Of a DNA stretch of 64,000 bases, positions 9,001-19,500 are shown piece by piece (position 1 is the first letter of the stretch; each line of letters starts with the position of its first letter). The DNA lies in NCBI GenBank assembly GCA_947444925.1, contig CANFBW010000007.1, positions 8,774-72,773 of the forward strand, read 5' to 3'. Under the pieces are notes generated by a model. The model had not been told where the DNA came from. It made no database searches and saw only the letters and a list, made by a program, of their open reading frames with translations. Position numbers and translations under genes: made by a program. This DNA is from Flavobacteriales bacterium (lineage in GTDB: Bacteria; Bacteroidota; Bacteroidia; Flavobacteriales_C; GCA-002722245).

Positions 9001-11243
9001 CCAATGATCCCGGTTTAGCGAATATTTTCAACTCATTGCCAAGCAATACCACATTGGCAACACCTACTGTGTTCTTTTGGAGAGTTAGTCCTGACTCAAG
9101 TTATGCCCATAAATTCACATGGAATTACAGCAGTTTTCAGTACGTGCAAAATAAGGTGGGTTGGGGACAAGCGCATTTTCAACAAATTGACGAAGATGAA
9201 TTTAATTTCATCGACCTCAATGAAACAACCCGTTCCTTCTCCTTTTTACAACACATTAAAGAAATTAAAGCAAGTGCCTGCAGCTGGCTAAACGACTGCA
9301 ATCAATTGCGCATCGATGGGGCCTTAAAAGCTTACTATACCCTTAGTGTTACCAACCTCATCATGATCAGTGTAATTGATCAATACAGCTTAGAGCCTTG
9401 GGATGTAAATTCCATCAGCTACCACAACCAAATCAACTACAACAATGCATACAGCATCCCTACTTTTGGCGACAAAATTTTTTGGTTCAAGGCCAACGAC
9501 GGCACCGACAATTCTGTTATTGGAATGAACAGTGTGCTTAGCGCTGCAAAAGATGGTGACTACATTGTAATGTACAATCAGCGCTACCCTTACTTCAAAG
9601 AAAACTTCAACAACCATGGTGCCAATGGCGCAGCATTTAAAACAGCTTTGCACGATTTGGGCGCTAACACCGATTCATTGAACAATTATATTGGTGCAGT
9701 TGGAAGTTGCCCATTTCCCTATATTTTAATAGCACAAAAGGGAAATCCATCGTACACCAAAGAAGCCTTTTCGAACAATTGTGGCGGAGTAACACTCACA
9801 AGCAGCATGAGCAACAACTGGATCAACGGCAACATCACGTCTCCGCTTATAGGTCCAGCTCTAAAATGGACTTCCCTTCACTGGCAAAGCACAAGCACTG
9901 AACCTTTAAACTTAAAAGACACCCTTAGCATCAGTGTATTTGGCGTTAACCTCAACAACAATGAAACGCTCTTAACAAAAATCCTTGCGCCGTCGGCAGA
10001 TGTGCTGCAACTCGACACACTGGTAGATGCAAAAACATATCCGTTCGTTCGCTTGGAAGCATACCTGGCCGATGATTCAATGCATACACCTGTGCAACTC
10101 AAAAGATGGCAAGTGGTGTACGACGAGGTAATGGAAGTTGCCGTAAACCCTAACGCGACTTTCTCCATCACGAGCGATTCGTTGCAACAGGGCAACAACT
10201 TTAAAATGACAGTGGCCCTGGTAAATATTTCTGAAACCGATGCCGACAGCCTCCAAGTCACGTATTGGTTTACCGACGCGTCAAACAACATTTCAACAAA
10301 ACAGTACCGCTTGTTGCCACCGCTAAAAGCGGGCGCCACGTATATCGACACCGTACAGCTCAGCACCATGAACATCATGGGCGACAACCGCTTATGGTAT
10401 GAGGTCAATCCATACACCGGTCCAAGACCTTGGCAACTAGAACAACACCACTTCAACAACAGTCTCGAGGCGCAATTCTCGGTGTTTCGCGACAGAACAA
10501 ATCCTTTGCTCGACGTTGTTTTTGATGGTGTGCACATCATCAATGGAGACATTGTGTCACCAACTACTTTGATCACTATTCAGTTGAAGGACGAAAATAA
10601 ATTTCTCGCCCTCGATGATCCAGCGCTTTTCAAAATTTACATCCGCGATCCAAACGGTGTTATTACCATGCTGACGCCAAAAGATTTTACTTTCTATCCT
10701 GCCTCACTGCCCGAAAATAAAAGCAGAATTGAAATCAAAGGCAACTATACTCTTGATGGAAAATATGAATTAATGGTGCGCGCCAGCGACCGTTCAAACA
10801 ATAAATCTGGACTAGGAGATGGTGCTTACGACTACCGTATTGAATTTGAAATCATATTGAAATCCAGCATCACCAATGTCATCAACTGGCCGAATCCGTT
10901 TACCACCAGCACGCAATTTGTGTTTACTTTAACGGGCTCAGAAATTCCTACTGATTTCCGTATCAAAATCATGAACATCACTGGCAAAGTAGTCAAAGAA
11001 ATAGGACTCGATGAACTCGGCCCAATCAACATAGGTAAAAACATCACGCAGTACAAATGGAATGGCACCGATGAATTTGGTGATATACTTGCAAACGGTG
11101 TTTACCTCTATGAAGTTATTGCTAAAATCAACGGACAAGACATCGATACAAGAGAAGTGCAACTCCACACTAACCAAGGAGAAAGCACTTTGCAAAGCAA
11201 GTTCTTCGCAAAAGGATTAGGCAAAATGTACATCATGCGCTAA
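6081..11243 (+). CDS. Very large PorU-like C25 (gingipain-family) cysteine peptidase, a candidate T9SS C-terminal signal peptidase.
   Basis: It has a signal peptide. The N-terminal pattern WINYSQSYFKFPVANTGMHKIGYQAL..GINMASLNPDNLQIFG resembles PorU. The catalytic-type motifs FGHAYGEGF (His) and LIIANSCLIGN (Cys) are present. At 1720 aa it is much longer than typical PorU (~1100-1300 aa). Confidence 0.5.
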   Translation: MKLRFLYLLFSFLTLSVSAQLGNNTWINYSQSYFKFPVANTGMHKIGYQALADAGINMASLNPDNLQIFGRGEEQYLHIEGGDDGTFDPLDYILLYAEKNDGYFDAQMYKDPGTNSNPYYSLINDTSYFFVTTNTSINNRRIEQDNDVNFGAYTAAPYFNCEQVISLSNQYGAGLTSIIDTHLPFYMPGEGWMGPTIFMGGIQSHTIATPSYYVPGGSGTVEATIMGLTNSFIYKDHHLEVSFNGKLKTDTFYEGHNFLKLNYTFPAAEWASSSVLKFESNSSDTTNTADRSAVGYVKMKYPRTFDLGNATSQYLEVLNGTGKAFLSMSNFNNQNSTAWLFDISNHKRTIVSKVGAVFKTLVPNSLAPTKKCLLTTEANFINVAQLEPAIYGVSSFTDYKTLSQSNGGYDYFILTVKEFKAEAELYKNYRNSAGYKAVVIDMEELYMQYADGIRKHPMSIRNFARDIIKNWGTTPQYFFLIGKSIQPGTPDSKTESNTVLNSSRRNAINYANNKIPTFGHPGSDVFLTAQISDSSLFDPDIAIGRLSAVKASSITDYLNKVQEFENNQQDYWMKRVLHFGGGTEESQGATFAAYLNGYKNIIQDTCFGGTVNTYLKNTTNPLQLNVSDSIRTNINDGCSLMTFFGHAYGEGFDQNIDAPDSYTNQGKYPLIIANSCLIGNIHLPSFSSGSETWVLPPNRGSIGFLASVSLGIPSPLNEYSKAFYTNLGQKNYGKGLGKIQQAAIRSVQKPQGILLTDDDLVQDVCMMMTLHCDPAIVLNAHAKPDYTLYGTKGKTQPMVTVNPVEVTSELNTFTITMDIANLGRAVTDSIQIRIIRSFSTNAPDTAYLKRILSPKFKSTVQFTLPVELINGVGLNHFKISVDSENAIDELDEDNNIYEFDLTIRSSGIVPVYPYKYAIVPKKSIVLKANTVDPFAGERKYIFQIDTNKNFSSASPMFYEAAITKSGGVVVWDPANDPGLANIFNSLPSNTTLATPTVFFWRVSPDSSYAHKFTWNYSSFQYVQNKVGWGQAHFQQIDEDEFNFIDLNETTRSFSFLQHIKEIKASACSWLNDCNQLRIDGALKAYYTLSVTNLIMISVIDQYSLEPWDVNSISYHNQINYNNAYSIPTFGDKIFWFKANDGTDNSVIGMNSVLSAAKDGDYIVMYNQRYPYFKENFNNHGANGAAFKTALHDLGANTDSLNNYIGAVGSCPFPYILIAQKGNPSYTKEAFSNNCGGVTLTSSMSNNWINGNITSPLIGPALKWTSLHWQSTSTEPLNLKDTLSISVFGVNLNNNETLLTKILAPSADVLQLDTLVDAKTYPFVRLEAYLADDSMHTPVQLKRWQVVYDEVMEVAVNPNATFSITSDSLQQGNNFKMTVALVNISETDADSLQVTYWFTDASNNISTKQYRLLPPLKAGATYIDTVQLSTMNIMGDNRLWYEVNPYTGPRPWQLEQHHFNNSLEAQFSVFRDRTNPLLDVVFDGVHIINGDIVSPTTLITIQLKDENKFLALDDPALFKIYIRDPNGVITMLTPKDFTFYPASLPENKSRIEIKGNYTLDGKYELMVRASDRSNNKSGLGDGAYDYRIEFEIILKSSITNVINWPNPFTTSTQFVFTLTGSEIPTDFRIKIMNITGKVVKEIGLDELGPINIGKNITQYKWNGTDEFGDILANGVYLYEVIAKINGQDIDTREVQLHTNQGESTLQSKFFAKGLGKMYIMR

Positions 11244-11299
11244 GTAAAATAAGCGACCAAAATTAAACGCAGTGCCACTAAAATGATACTTTTGCCCTC

Positions 11300-12934
11300 A
11301 TGTTTCAAAAAATAAAATTTCCACTACTCGCAGTGCTTTCGGGCTTACTTACTGCGCTTTCATTTCCGCCCTACAACTTCACCCTTTTTGCTTTTGTTGG
11401 CTTAATCCCACTGCTCTATATGGAGCACAAAATAAGCGCCGTTTCAGCCGGAAAATTGAAAGTATTTGGACTGTCCTATCTCGCTTTTTTTACGTGGAAT
11501 TTAACTTGCTGCTACTGGATCTATTTTGCAAAAGATTTTTCTACTGGAGACTATGTTTTGATTGGCGTTGCCTTTGAAGTGCTGGTCAACAGTTTGCTTT
11601 ACGCATTGATGTTTTTGCTTTTTCACGTCTGCAAAAAGAAATTAAACAAAACACTGTGGCCCTTTCTATTTATTGCAATGTGGCTCTCACTGGAATACAT
11701 TCACTTTCAAGATTGGGAATTGTCGTGGCCTTGGTTGGTGCTTGGCAATGCATTTTCCAACATGCCCTACCTCGTGCAGTGGTATTCAGTCACAGGCGTT
11801 TTAGGTGGCAGTTTGTGGGTGCTCACTATCAATTGGATGTTGCTACAAGCTGTGATTGTATGGCGCGAACATAAGAAATTCAATCAAGATGCATTTCGAA
11901 TTTTAATTCGCACCGACTTATGGATTCTGGCGCCAATGGTGATTTCTGTGGCTCTCTACCTGTCCTATGAGGAAACCGTAAAACCTGTTTCAGTGGTGGT
12001 GGTGCAACCCAACATTGATCCCTACAACGAAAAGTTTACATCGATGACATCCGCCCAACAGATGCACAAAATCTTAAGCTTAGCGAAGACAAAAATAACA
12101 GACAGTACGCAATATGTTTTACTGCCCGAAACCGCCATACCCAATGGGGAGTGGGAAGAACTGTTGTCGGAATCCGCCAATATCGACAGCCTGTCCACGC
12201 TGTTCAATGCACATCCGAAAACAAAAATCATCAGCGGCTTGTCTTCTTATGCTGAAGTATTTCCAAAAAACTTAATTGATCTTCCCGTATCCTTTCGCAA
12301 AGACGACCAAGGATGGTATGAATCGTACAATGCCGCAGTGCAAATAGACACCACTTTCAATTTTCAAATCTACCACAAATCGCTGTTGGTCATTGGTGCC
12401 GAAAAAATGCCTTTCGCAAATTTACTGAAACCGCTCAGTTCCCTCATCATTGATTTTGGCGGCACCACAGGATCGCTCGGTGTGCAAAGCGAACGCAGTT
12501 TACTTTATGCGCCCGACTCATCTATGGCGATTGCTCCCATTATTTGTTACGAATCCATTTACAGCGATTACGTCGCCGACTATGTGCAAAAAGGAGCGCA
12601 GCTGCTCTTCATCATGACCAACGACGGCTGGTGGGACAACTCGCCGGGCTATCAACAGCACTTCGCGTTTGCGCGTTTGCGCGCCATTGAAAACCGCCGC
12701 AGCATAGCTCGTTCTGCCAATACCGGCATCTCAGGTTTCATCAACCAGCGTGGCGACATTGTTGACGCCAGCGAATACTGGACAGATGCTGCACTATCGT
12801 CTACATTGAATGCAAATACCGAACTGAGTGTATTCAGTCGCTTTCCCAGATTCTTAGGTACTTTGGCATGGATCACCGCCTCCGTACTGCTGTTGACCAC
12901 TCTGATTCTCTTCTTCAAAGGAAAGGCAGTATAG
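11300..12934 (+). CDS. lnt: Apolipoprotein N-acyltransferase.
   Basis: 544 aa. There is an N-terminal polytopic membrane region (SFPPYNF...) followed by a carbon-nitrogen hydrolase domain (ICYESIYSDYV). This is the Lnt architecture. Confidence 0.8.
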   Translation: MFQKIKFPLLAVLSGLLTALSFPPYNFTLFAFVGLIPLLYMEHKISAVSAGKLKVFGLSYLAFFTWNLTCCYWIYFAKDFSTGDYVLIGVAFEVLVNSLLYALMFLLFHVCKKKLNKTLWPFLFIAMWLSLEYIHFQDWELSWPWLVLGNAFSNMPYLVQWYSVTGVLGGSLWVLTINWMLLQAVIVWREHKKFNQDAFRILIRTDLWILAPMVISVALYLSYEETVKPVSVVVVQPNIDPYNEKFTSMTSAQQMHKILSLAKTKITDSTQYVLLPETAIPNGEWEELLSESANIDSLSTLFNAHPKTKIISGLSSYAEVFPKNLIDLPVSFRKDDQGWYESYNAAVQIDTTFNFQIYHKSLLVIGAEKMPFANLLKPLSSLIIDFGGTTGSLGVQSERSLLYAPDSSMAIAPIICYESIYSDYVADYVQKGAQLLFIMTNDGWWDNSPGYQQHFAFARLRAIENRRSIARSANTGISGFINQRGDIVDASEYWTDAALSSTLNANTELSVFSRFPRFLGTLAWITASVLLLTTLILFFKGKAV

Positions 12935-13095
12935 TAAAACACCACTTTCACTGATCCGACAAAAACAACCATTGACCTTTTGACTTAAACCCGTGCTCGA
13001 AAACGAGCAAGGGGCAGCCCTTTTTAATCGTAAATAATTTTACAAGAACAAGTGTCCACCACCGATGGAACACAAGTACATTTAAAGGCGCACTT

Positions 13096-13581
13096 ATGAA
13101 AAATACAATAGACATATTTTTAGTAGACAACGACCAAGAATTTGTGCACTGTTTACGCAAAAGCATTTTGAAACTCGGCAGCCACAAAATAAAAATACAT
13201 TCCTTTCGCTGCGGTGAAGACTGCCTCGCAGAGCTAGAAAAAGAACCCGACCTCATTATTTTAGATCCCCACCTTACAAGTGAATCCAAAAGTGCAATGA
13301 AAAGCGCAGAAGTGCTCAAACGCATCAAAGCAGACATGCCTGACGCGAGAGTCATCATGCTGTCGCCGCAAAAGAAAAATGAAGTGGTACTGAATCACGA
13401 CAGATCCCCAGTGTACATTGCGAAGGGTGATCAGCCAGGAAGTACGCTGGATACGTACGCCGACCAACTCATTTTCAACATCATAATTGAAAACATCAGC
13501 AAAAAAAATCGACACTTCGCATTCTTTCTCATAGTGCTTATACATCTTGGCATGCTGTGCATGATGGTATTGAGTATTTAG
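13096..13581 (+). CDS. Stand-alone receiver (REC) domain protein.
   Basis: IFLVDNDQEF...DLIILDPHL...VIMLS...YIAKGD fit the REC acidic pair, phospho-Asp, Ser/Thr and Lys positions. There is no output domain. The hydrophobic tail may be read-through. Confidence 0.5.
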   Translation: MKNTIDIFLVDNDQEFVHCLRKSILKLGSHKIKIHSFRCGEDCLAELEKEPDLIILDPHLTSESKSAMKSAEVLKRIKADMPDARVIMLSPQKKNEVVLNHDRSPVYIAKGDQPGSTLDTYADQLIFNIIIENISKKNRHFAFFLIVLIHLGMLCMMVLSI

Positions 13582-13634
13582 CGCACAAAGCAACAATTCA
13601 ACAAACACAATATTCACTTTTAAACCAAAGCGCT

Positions 13635-14480
13635 ATGAAAAACAGAGCCAGCAAAATCGTACACTTTATCGACGAAGACAGTAAGACAAAAATGCTGTTT
13701 TCGAAAATGATGCAGCAGATTCCCTCTGCAAAGACCATGTATTTTAGCAGGGCAGAAGAAGCGCTTTTGAGTTGCTGTGTAAAGCCTGATTTTGTTTTTA
13801 TCGACTACTCTGTAAATCAGCGCAAGGGCATGAAATACCTGCCCTACTTCAGACGAACGCTGCCTAGCGCTAAAATTTTCTTGATGTCGAAGCAACACGA
13901 CGTATCCATTTTTGAACTCGCACTTAGCAGAGGTGCCGATTTGTGTCTGCTAAAAGACCGTTTTTCACTAGCCGAAGCTTTTCAAGAAATAGTCTCTACT
14001 GGCGAAAATAGAGACCAGCGTTTGCTGCACCGAAACTTGCTCAGCAACTATGATGAAGGCCGACCACAGCGCCCCCTCTACATTCTCGACAACAACATCA
14101 ACTTCGCATTCAGTTTAAAAAACGCGCTTAAAAAATCGCCACAATATAAGGTGCAATTGTTCAACAATTCAAACGCTCTATTTTCACAATGCAACAAAGA
14201 CGTTGCTGACGTCGTGCTGCTCGACTGCGCAGGTTACGACTGCAAAAGCGGACCCGATATTGTACTTGAACTTAAAGCCCTTTCAGCAAAAACAGAAGTA
14301 GTCATCATCTCAACATTATGCGACCTCTCAATGGCGGCGCGTCTTATGCGCAGCGGTGCTTCGTACATTATGAAAAAATCGGAAGCCAACCTACACAAAA
14401 TAAATGCAGTGTTGCGTGATTTACATGTGAGCCCTTACGAAAAGGCACTGCATTATATTAAAAATGCGAATTTGCACTGA
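13635..14480 (+). CDS. Protein with two tandem receiver (REC) domains.
   Basis: REC1 is KIVHFIDEDS...FVFIDYSV...IFLMSK. REC2 is LYILDNNINF...VVLLDCAGYD...VVIISTL...YIMKK. The start was chosen at the internal Met MKNRASK, and the longest ORF begins at 13557. Confidence 0.5.
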   Translation: MKNRASKIVHFIDEDSKTKMLFSKMMQQIPSAKTMYFSRAEEALLSCCVKPDFVFIDYSVNQRKGMKYLPYFRRTLPSAKIFLMSKQHDVSIFELALSRGADLCLLKDRFSLAEAFQEIVSTGENRDQRLLHRNLLSNYDEGRPQRPLYILDNNINFAFSLKNALKKSPQYKVQLFNNSNALFSQCNKDVADVVLLDCAGYDCKSGPDIVLELKALSAKTEVVIISTLCDLSMAARLMRSGASYIMKKSEANLHKINAVLRDLHVSPYEKALHYIKNANLH

Positions 14481-14595
14481 ATCTGCGTTCACCATTACCG
14501 ACAATAACTACCACTCGCAATGCTATTTCAACCACTAATAGAATATTCAATGCGAAAGCCTCAAAATACCTGTACAACGTAGGAAGACAAGCATC

Positions 14596-15744
14596 ATGAA
14601 AAATCCAACACACATAAAACAAAACACAGTATTGGCGTCAGTTTTGGCCCTATTTACATTCACTATCACAGCCCAAACCTTTGGTCCCTATGGAGGCAAT
14701 TCGTTTGCCAATGTTGCACTTTCTGATTCATCAGTAAAATGGAATAACTCCTCTTATGTCACCAATTTAAATGATCGCTTGCAAGCCACCTCCTCTGCTG
14801 CAATTTCAACGGCAGGCGCATATTCTTCTTATTTAGTGGTGAACAATTTCAATTTAGCACTTGATCCACAATCGACCATATTAGGTATTAGTATAGAAGA
14901 AAACAGAATGACCAATTCAACACCCACAACAAAAGACCATTGCATTGCTCTTTTCAAAAATCGATTGCCCATCCGCAGCGACAAAGCCAACAACGCGTCA
15001 TGGGCGAGCACCAACACTTTCACTACATTCGGTTCTTCAAGCGATATTTGGGGGACCACACTGACCGCTGTGAAACTCATCTCGAGCGACTTTGGCGTAG
15101 GATTTTCGGTCGAAAAATCACGCGGCGCCGGAAGCTTCACAACAAGCATTGACCATATGCGCATTACCATTCAAAGCAGACCGCTTTCCCTTACTGTAAA
15201 ATTTGGACGAATGAACGCCAGCTTCAACAACACGGTGGTTGAACTCAATTGGAACACTTACAGCAAATTGAACAACGACCATATTACAGCAGAAAAATCA
15301 GTCGACGACCTGCATTTTGATACCCTTGCCACCGTTCACGGAAAAGAAACATTCAACAGCATGAGCTGCTACAAAGTTGAAGACAGCAATCCTATTTACG
15401 ACAACAATTACCACCGCGTGGTGCAAGTACATTTTGAAGGTATCCATAAAATAGTTGACAGAAATGCTATCCATTGTAAACGAGTGCTTGCAGCAGAAGT
15501 GTCGCTCTTTCCAAACACCTGCAATGCGCAACTCAACATCAAGGTACCCGAAAACGAAAGCAGCATCAATGTAGAAATCAGAGATGTCAGCGGAAACATC
15601 GCTTATCAAGGCACATTAACACCGCGAAACGGGTACAGCAGCATCGACATCGCAGCGCTTGCATTGGAAACCGGAATGCATTTTGCGAGCGTCAGCACCG
15701 ACAACTTTTCACTCAACAAAGTTCTTTCCTTTTACACAGAATAG
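14596..15744 (+). CDS. Secreted protein with a T9SS type-A CTD.
   Basis: There is a signal peptide. A pre-CTD module of the same family as in the first two cargo genes is present (VELNWNTYSKLNNDHITAEKSVDDLHFD..YHRVVQVHFEG). The C-terminal ~80 aa are a CTD (SLFPNTCNAQLNIKV...HFASVSTD...). Confidence 0.5.
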   Translation: MKNPTHIKQNTVLASVLALFTFTITAQTFGPYGGNSFANVALSDSSVKWNNSSYVTNLNDRLQATSSAAISTAGAYSSYLVVNNFNLALDPQSTILGISIEENRMTNSTPTTKDHCIALFKNRLPIRSDKANNASWASTNTFTTFGSSSDIWGTTLTAVKLISSDFGVGFSVEKSRGAGSFTTSIDHMRITIQSRPLSLTVKFGRMNASFNNTVVELNWNTYSKLNNDHITAEKSVDDLHFDTLATVHGKETFNSMSCYKVEDSNPIYDNNYHRVVQVHFEGIHKIVDRNAIHCKRVLAAEVSLFPNTCNAQLNIKVPENESSINVEIRDVSGNIAYQGTLTPRNGYSSIDIAALALETGMHFASVSTDNFSLNKVLSFYTE

Positions 15745-15862
15745 TCGTTCTTTCCCGAAGTTTTCAATCCCGAAAATAAGCACCCTATTGCAATGGGGTG
15801 CTTATTTTTTTGCAGCACACCCAAACTTCTTTGTGATTCCTGCGTAAAGCAAGAAAAAAAAC

Positions 15863-16546
15863 ATGAATTGCATAATTGTCGATGACGATCTGGTTTCCAT
15901 TAAGTATACAGAAACGCTAATCAAAAAAAATCCATTGCTGCACTACCTGGGCTCATTTACCTCGGCCTCTGCTGCAGTAGCCGCCCTTGAAGATTTAGAT
16001 GTTGATCTTATATTTCTCGACGTGGAAATGCCAGAAATGACCGGCTTCGAGTTCATTGCACAACTCAAAGACATACCCGCCATCATATTCATCTCCAGCA
16101 AAAAAGACTATGCAGCAGACGCCTACTCTTTCAAAGCTTCAGATTACTTGGTAAAACCAGTGCTTGAGGCACGTTTCAACACCTCAATAAACGAGCTTGC
16201 CGAGCGCAAAAAAATTACTGAACAACGCAAAACCATCGACGATTCATTTTTCGTAAAAGACAAAGGTCGATTCATTCAGGTTTTCATTACCGACATTGTG
16301 TTTTTAGAAGCGCTCAGCGATTACGTTCAAATCAATACCGCCGATAAAAAATACACCATCCTATCGTCGCTAAAAGCGATGGAATTCATACTTCCGCAAA
16401 ACTTCAAAAGGGTGCACCGCTCCTTCATTGTCAACAAATACAAAATTTTGGAGTTAGACGAACAGGTGATCGTAGTACAAGACAAAAACATTCCATTAAG
16501 CAGAAGTCACCGCAGTGATTTCATGCAGTGGATCAGCGTGTTGTAG
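15863..16546 (+). CDS. LytTR-family two-component response regulator.
   Basis: The REC domain shows IIVDDD...LIFLDVEMPEMTGFEF. The C-terminal LytTR DNA-binding domain shows FFVKDKGRFIQV...RVHRSFIVN. Confidence 0.8.
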   Translation: MNCIIVDDDLVSIKYTETLIKKNPLLHYLGSFTSASAAVAALEDLDVDLIFLDVEMPEMTGFEFIAQLKDIPAIIFISSKKDYAADAYSFKASDYLVKPVLEARFNTSINELAERKKITEQRKTIDDSFFVKDKGRFIQVFITDIVFLEALSDYVQINTADKKYTILSSLKAMEFILPQNFKRVHRSFIVNKYKILELDEQVIVVQDKNIPLSRSHRSDFMQWISVL

Positions 16547-19500
16547 CCAACCATTTGGTCATTACTTTTTCAATGGTATCTTTCACATAGGGTTTACTCA
16601 CGTAGTCGCTCATGCCAACTTCAAAACATTGTTCAATTTCACCCTTCACTGTACCGGCGGTGAGGGCAACAATTGGCACATCTTTACCCTGCGCCATTGC
16701 CCGAATCGCTTTGGTAGCTTCGTAGCCATTCATGACAGGCATTTGCACATCCATAAATATAATTTTCGCCACTTCTCTGCTAAACGCAGCAACGGCCTCT
16801 TCCCCGTTTAAAGCAGTAGTGATGCGAGCCTTCGGGTGTATTTTCTTCAAAATTGTTTTTGCCAAAAACACATTTACCTCATAGTCATCAACTAACAAAA
16901 TGTGGATTTCCTCTGCATTTTGAAAAGGATGTGCGTCCACCGTAATATTCACTTTCCCTTCATCCTTGACTTCTATGCCCTTCGTCTTTTCAGTATAATT
17001 TTTCAACTCCAACTCAAAGAAAAAAGTGCTGCCAAAGCCTGGCTTACTCGTCAATTGCAGTCGACTGTTCATCAAAGCCAACAACTTGTTTGAAATACTT
17101 AACCCCAAACCAGTACCGCCATACTTTCGGGTAGTAGAGCTGTCTTCTTGTGCAAAGGCTTCAAATATTTTTTGCTGACTTTTAGGATCAATGCCAATAC
17201 CGGTATCACGCACCGAAAAGCGATATAAGCTAGACTTTGCATCTGTACTCAAAGACTCTATTTTCAACTCTATTTCCCCTGCTTCAGTAAACTTCACTGC
17301 ATTGCCCAATAGGTTGATTAGTATTTGCCGTAAACGCAATGTATCAGACATTGCCAAGCAATTTACATCGGGAGCCAAAGTGGTTTTGAGCGCTAGTTTT
17401 TTGCTTTGCGTTTGATAGGAAATTATTTGTGTTGACTCCGATGCGAGATCGCCCAAATGCGTTTTATCAATTGACAATTCCAACAATCCTGCTTCAATTT
17501 TTGAGAAATCAAGAATATCATTGATGATATCGAGCAATGCAGTTGCAGATCGGTATACATTTGACATGTAAATCTGCTGCGTGCTGTCGAGTTGCGACTT
17601 CATCAGCAAATCTGAAAATCCAATCACCCCATTCAACGGTGTTCGGATTTCATGACTCATATTGGCCAAAAATTCCGACTTTGATTTGCTGGCATTCACT
17701 GCTATTTCTTTGGCTTTCAAAATTTCGGCCTCAATCCGCTTTTGCTCAGATATATCAGCATGTGTTCCCACTACACGCAGTGCTTTTCCATTTTCATCAC
17801 AACCAATAACCTTCCCCCTATCTAAAATCCATTTATATGAACCATCCTTGCAACGAAAGCGGTACTCAACGCTAAAAAAAGGAATTTCCCCCTTCAAACA
17901 GCGGTTGAGCTCATAAAAAGTTCTTTCCTTATCCTCAGGATGCAAACGATCTACCCATTCTACAGTGGCATCATTGCCCACTTCTGCACCCTTGTAACCC
18001 AACATAATCTTCCATTGCTCGGAGGTAAAAACCGTATTTTTATGGATATCCCAATCCCAAATGCCATCACCAGATCCCTCCAACGCAAATTTCCATCGCT
18101 CATCGTACAAGCGAATCGTTTCTTGATTTTGCACTTGTTCACTAATGTCTTGAAAAGTACCGTAAACACGCACCCACTTGCTTCCTTGCGCTTGCACTTT
18201 TCCTATGGTCTTCACCCAAATTGTGTTTCCTTTGGCTGTCTCCAGTTGTAAATCCACATCAAAAGGAGTTCCGCATTCTATCGCCTCTTGAATTTTTTGT
18301 GTGATAGCATCTCTGCTCTTGCCATCTTTATAAAAATTAATCGCTGAACTAAGATTAGGCTCAAAATCATAGCTCACCTCGAGTATCTTTTTTGTAATGT
18401 TCGACCATGTTAATTTATCCGTTATCAAATCGTACTCCCACCCACCTACGCGTGCCACCTGACTGGTTTCTTCGAGCAAATTTTTTGTGGCTAAGATCTC
18501 CAGTTCGGCCTGTCTTTGTTTGCTTACATCTTGCACCGTACCTACTACCGATGTCAATTCTCCTTTGCTGTTGCGCACAGGCTTGCCAATGCCCAACACA
18601 TGCTTTATACGCCCATCGGGCAACAGCACGCGGTGCGGATAGGTAAAGCCTTCGCCTGTTTGCAGTGTGTTTTGAATCACCCTGTCCAATTCCATTAAAT
18701 CATCGGGATGAATGCGCGCTCTGTATTTTTGATGTAATACTTCTTGCGTCTGTGGTTCGTCAATTTCAAATATGCGGTAGTGCTCACTCGACCACCATTG
18801 CTCGCTTGTTAACAGGTTGTACTCCCAACTTCCCACTTGTGACATGCGTTGTGCCTCATTGAGTCGGTCTTGATTTTGTTGCATGATGTGCTCCATTTCA
18901 ACACGATCAGAAACATCTCGCGCAATGGCAAAAAGCTCACCCGTTTTTACATCGGGGTTGGTGAACCACTGCAATGTTTTGTAGTCGCCTGAGCTCGTGC
19001 GGTAGCGGTTGATAAAGTTAATGGTTTTGAATCCCTCAGACAATTTTTTCACTTCTTGAAAAGTACTTTCCACATCGTCAGGATGAATAAAGTCGGCAAA
19101 AGGCTTACCTAAAAGATCTTCCTTCTTCCATCCTAAATTCACTGCAAATGCTCCATTAATTTTTTTAAAAAACCCATCAGTACCAGCAATACATATCATA
19201 TCAATAGAGAGTTCAAACAGCTCCTCCATTTTGCGCGCTTCCTGTGTATGCTTTCGTGCTACAATTTGTGCAGTTACTTCAATTGCCAAAATCTCCAAAG
19301 CCCTACGCTGCGCTGCGTCAAGTTTTCGAGGCACTCTGTCAATCACGCACAAAGTTCCCAGCGCATAACCCTCAGGATCAATCAGTGGCTGCCCAGCGTA
19401 AAAACGAATATTAGGATCACCTTGCACCAGTGGATTGTTTTTGAAACGATCGTCATTCAGTGCGTCTTCCACTTCAAACAATTCAGCGACGGTAATCGCA

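Noticed and set aside
13557-13634. Longer N-terminal extension of the double-REC gene.
   Set aside because: The extension overlaps the upstream REC gene in another frame. The receiver fold begins right after the internal Met at 13635, so the shorter start is more plausible. Uncertainty remains.
16515-16811. 98-aa plus-strand ORF downstream of the LytTR gene.
   Set aside because: It lies antisense to the REC-domain coding region of the hybrid kinase and is His/Phe-rich nonsense.
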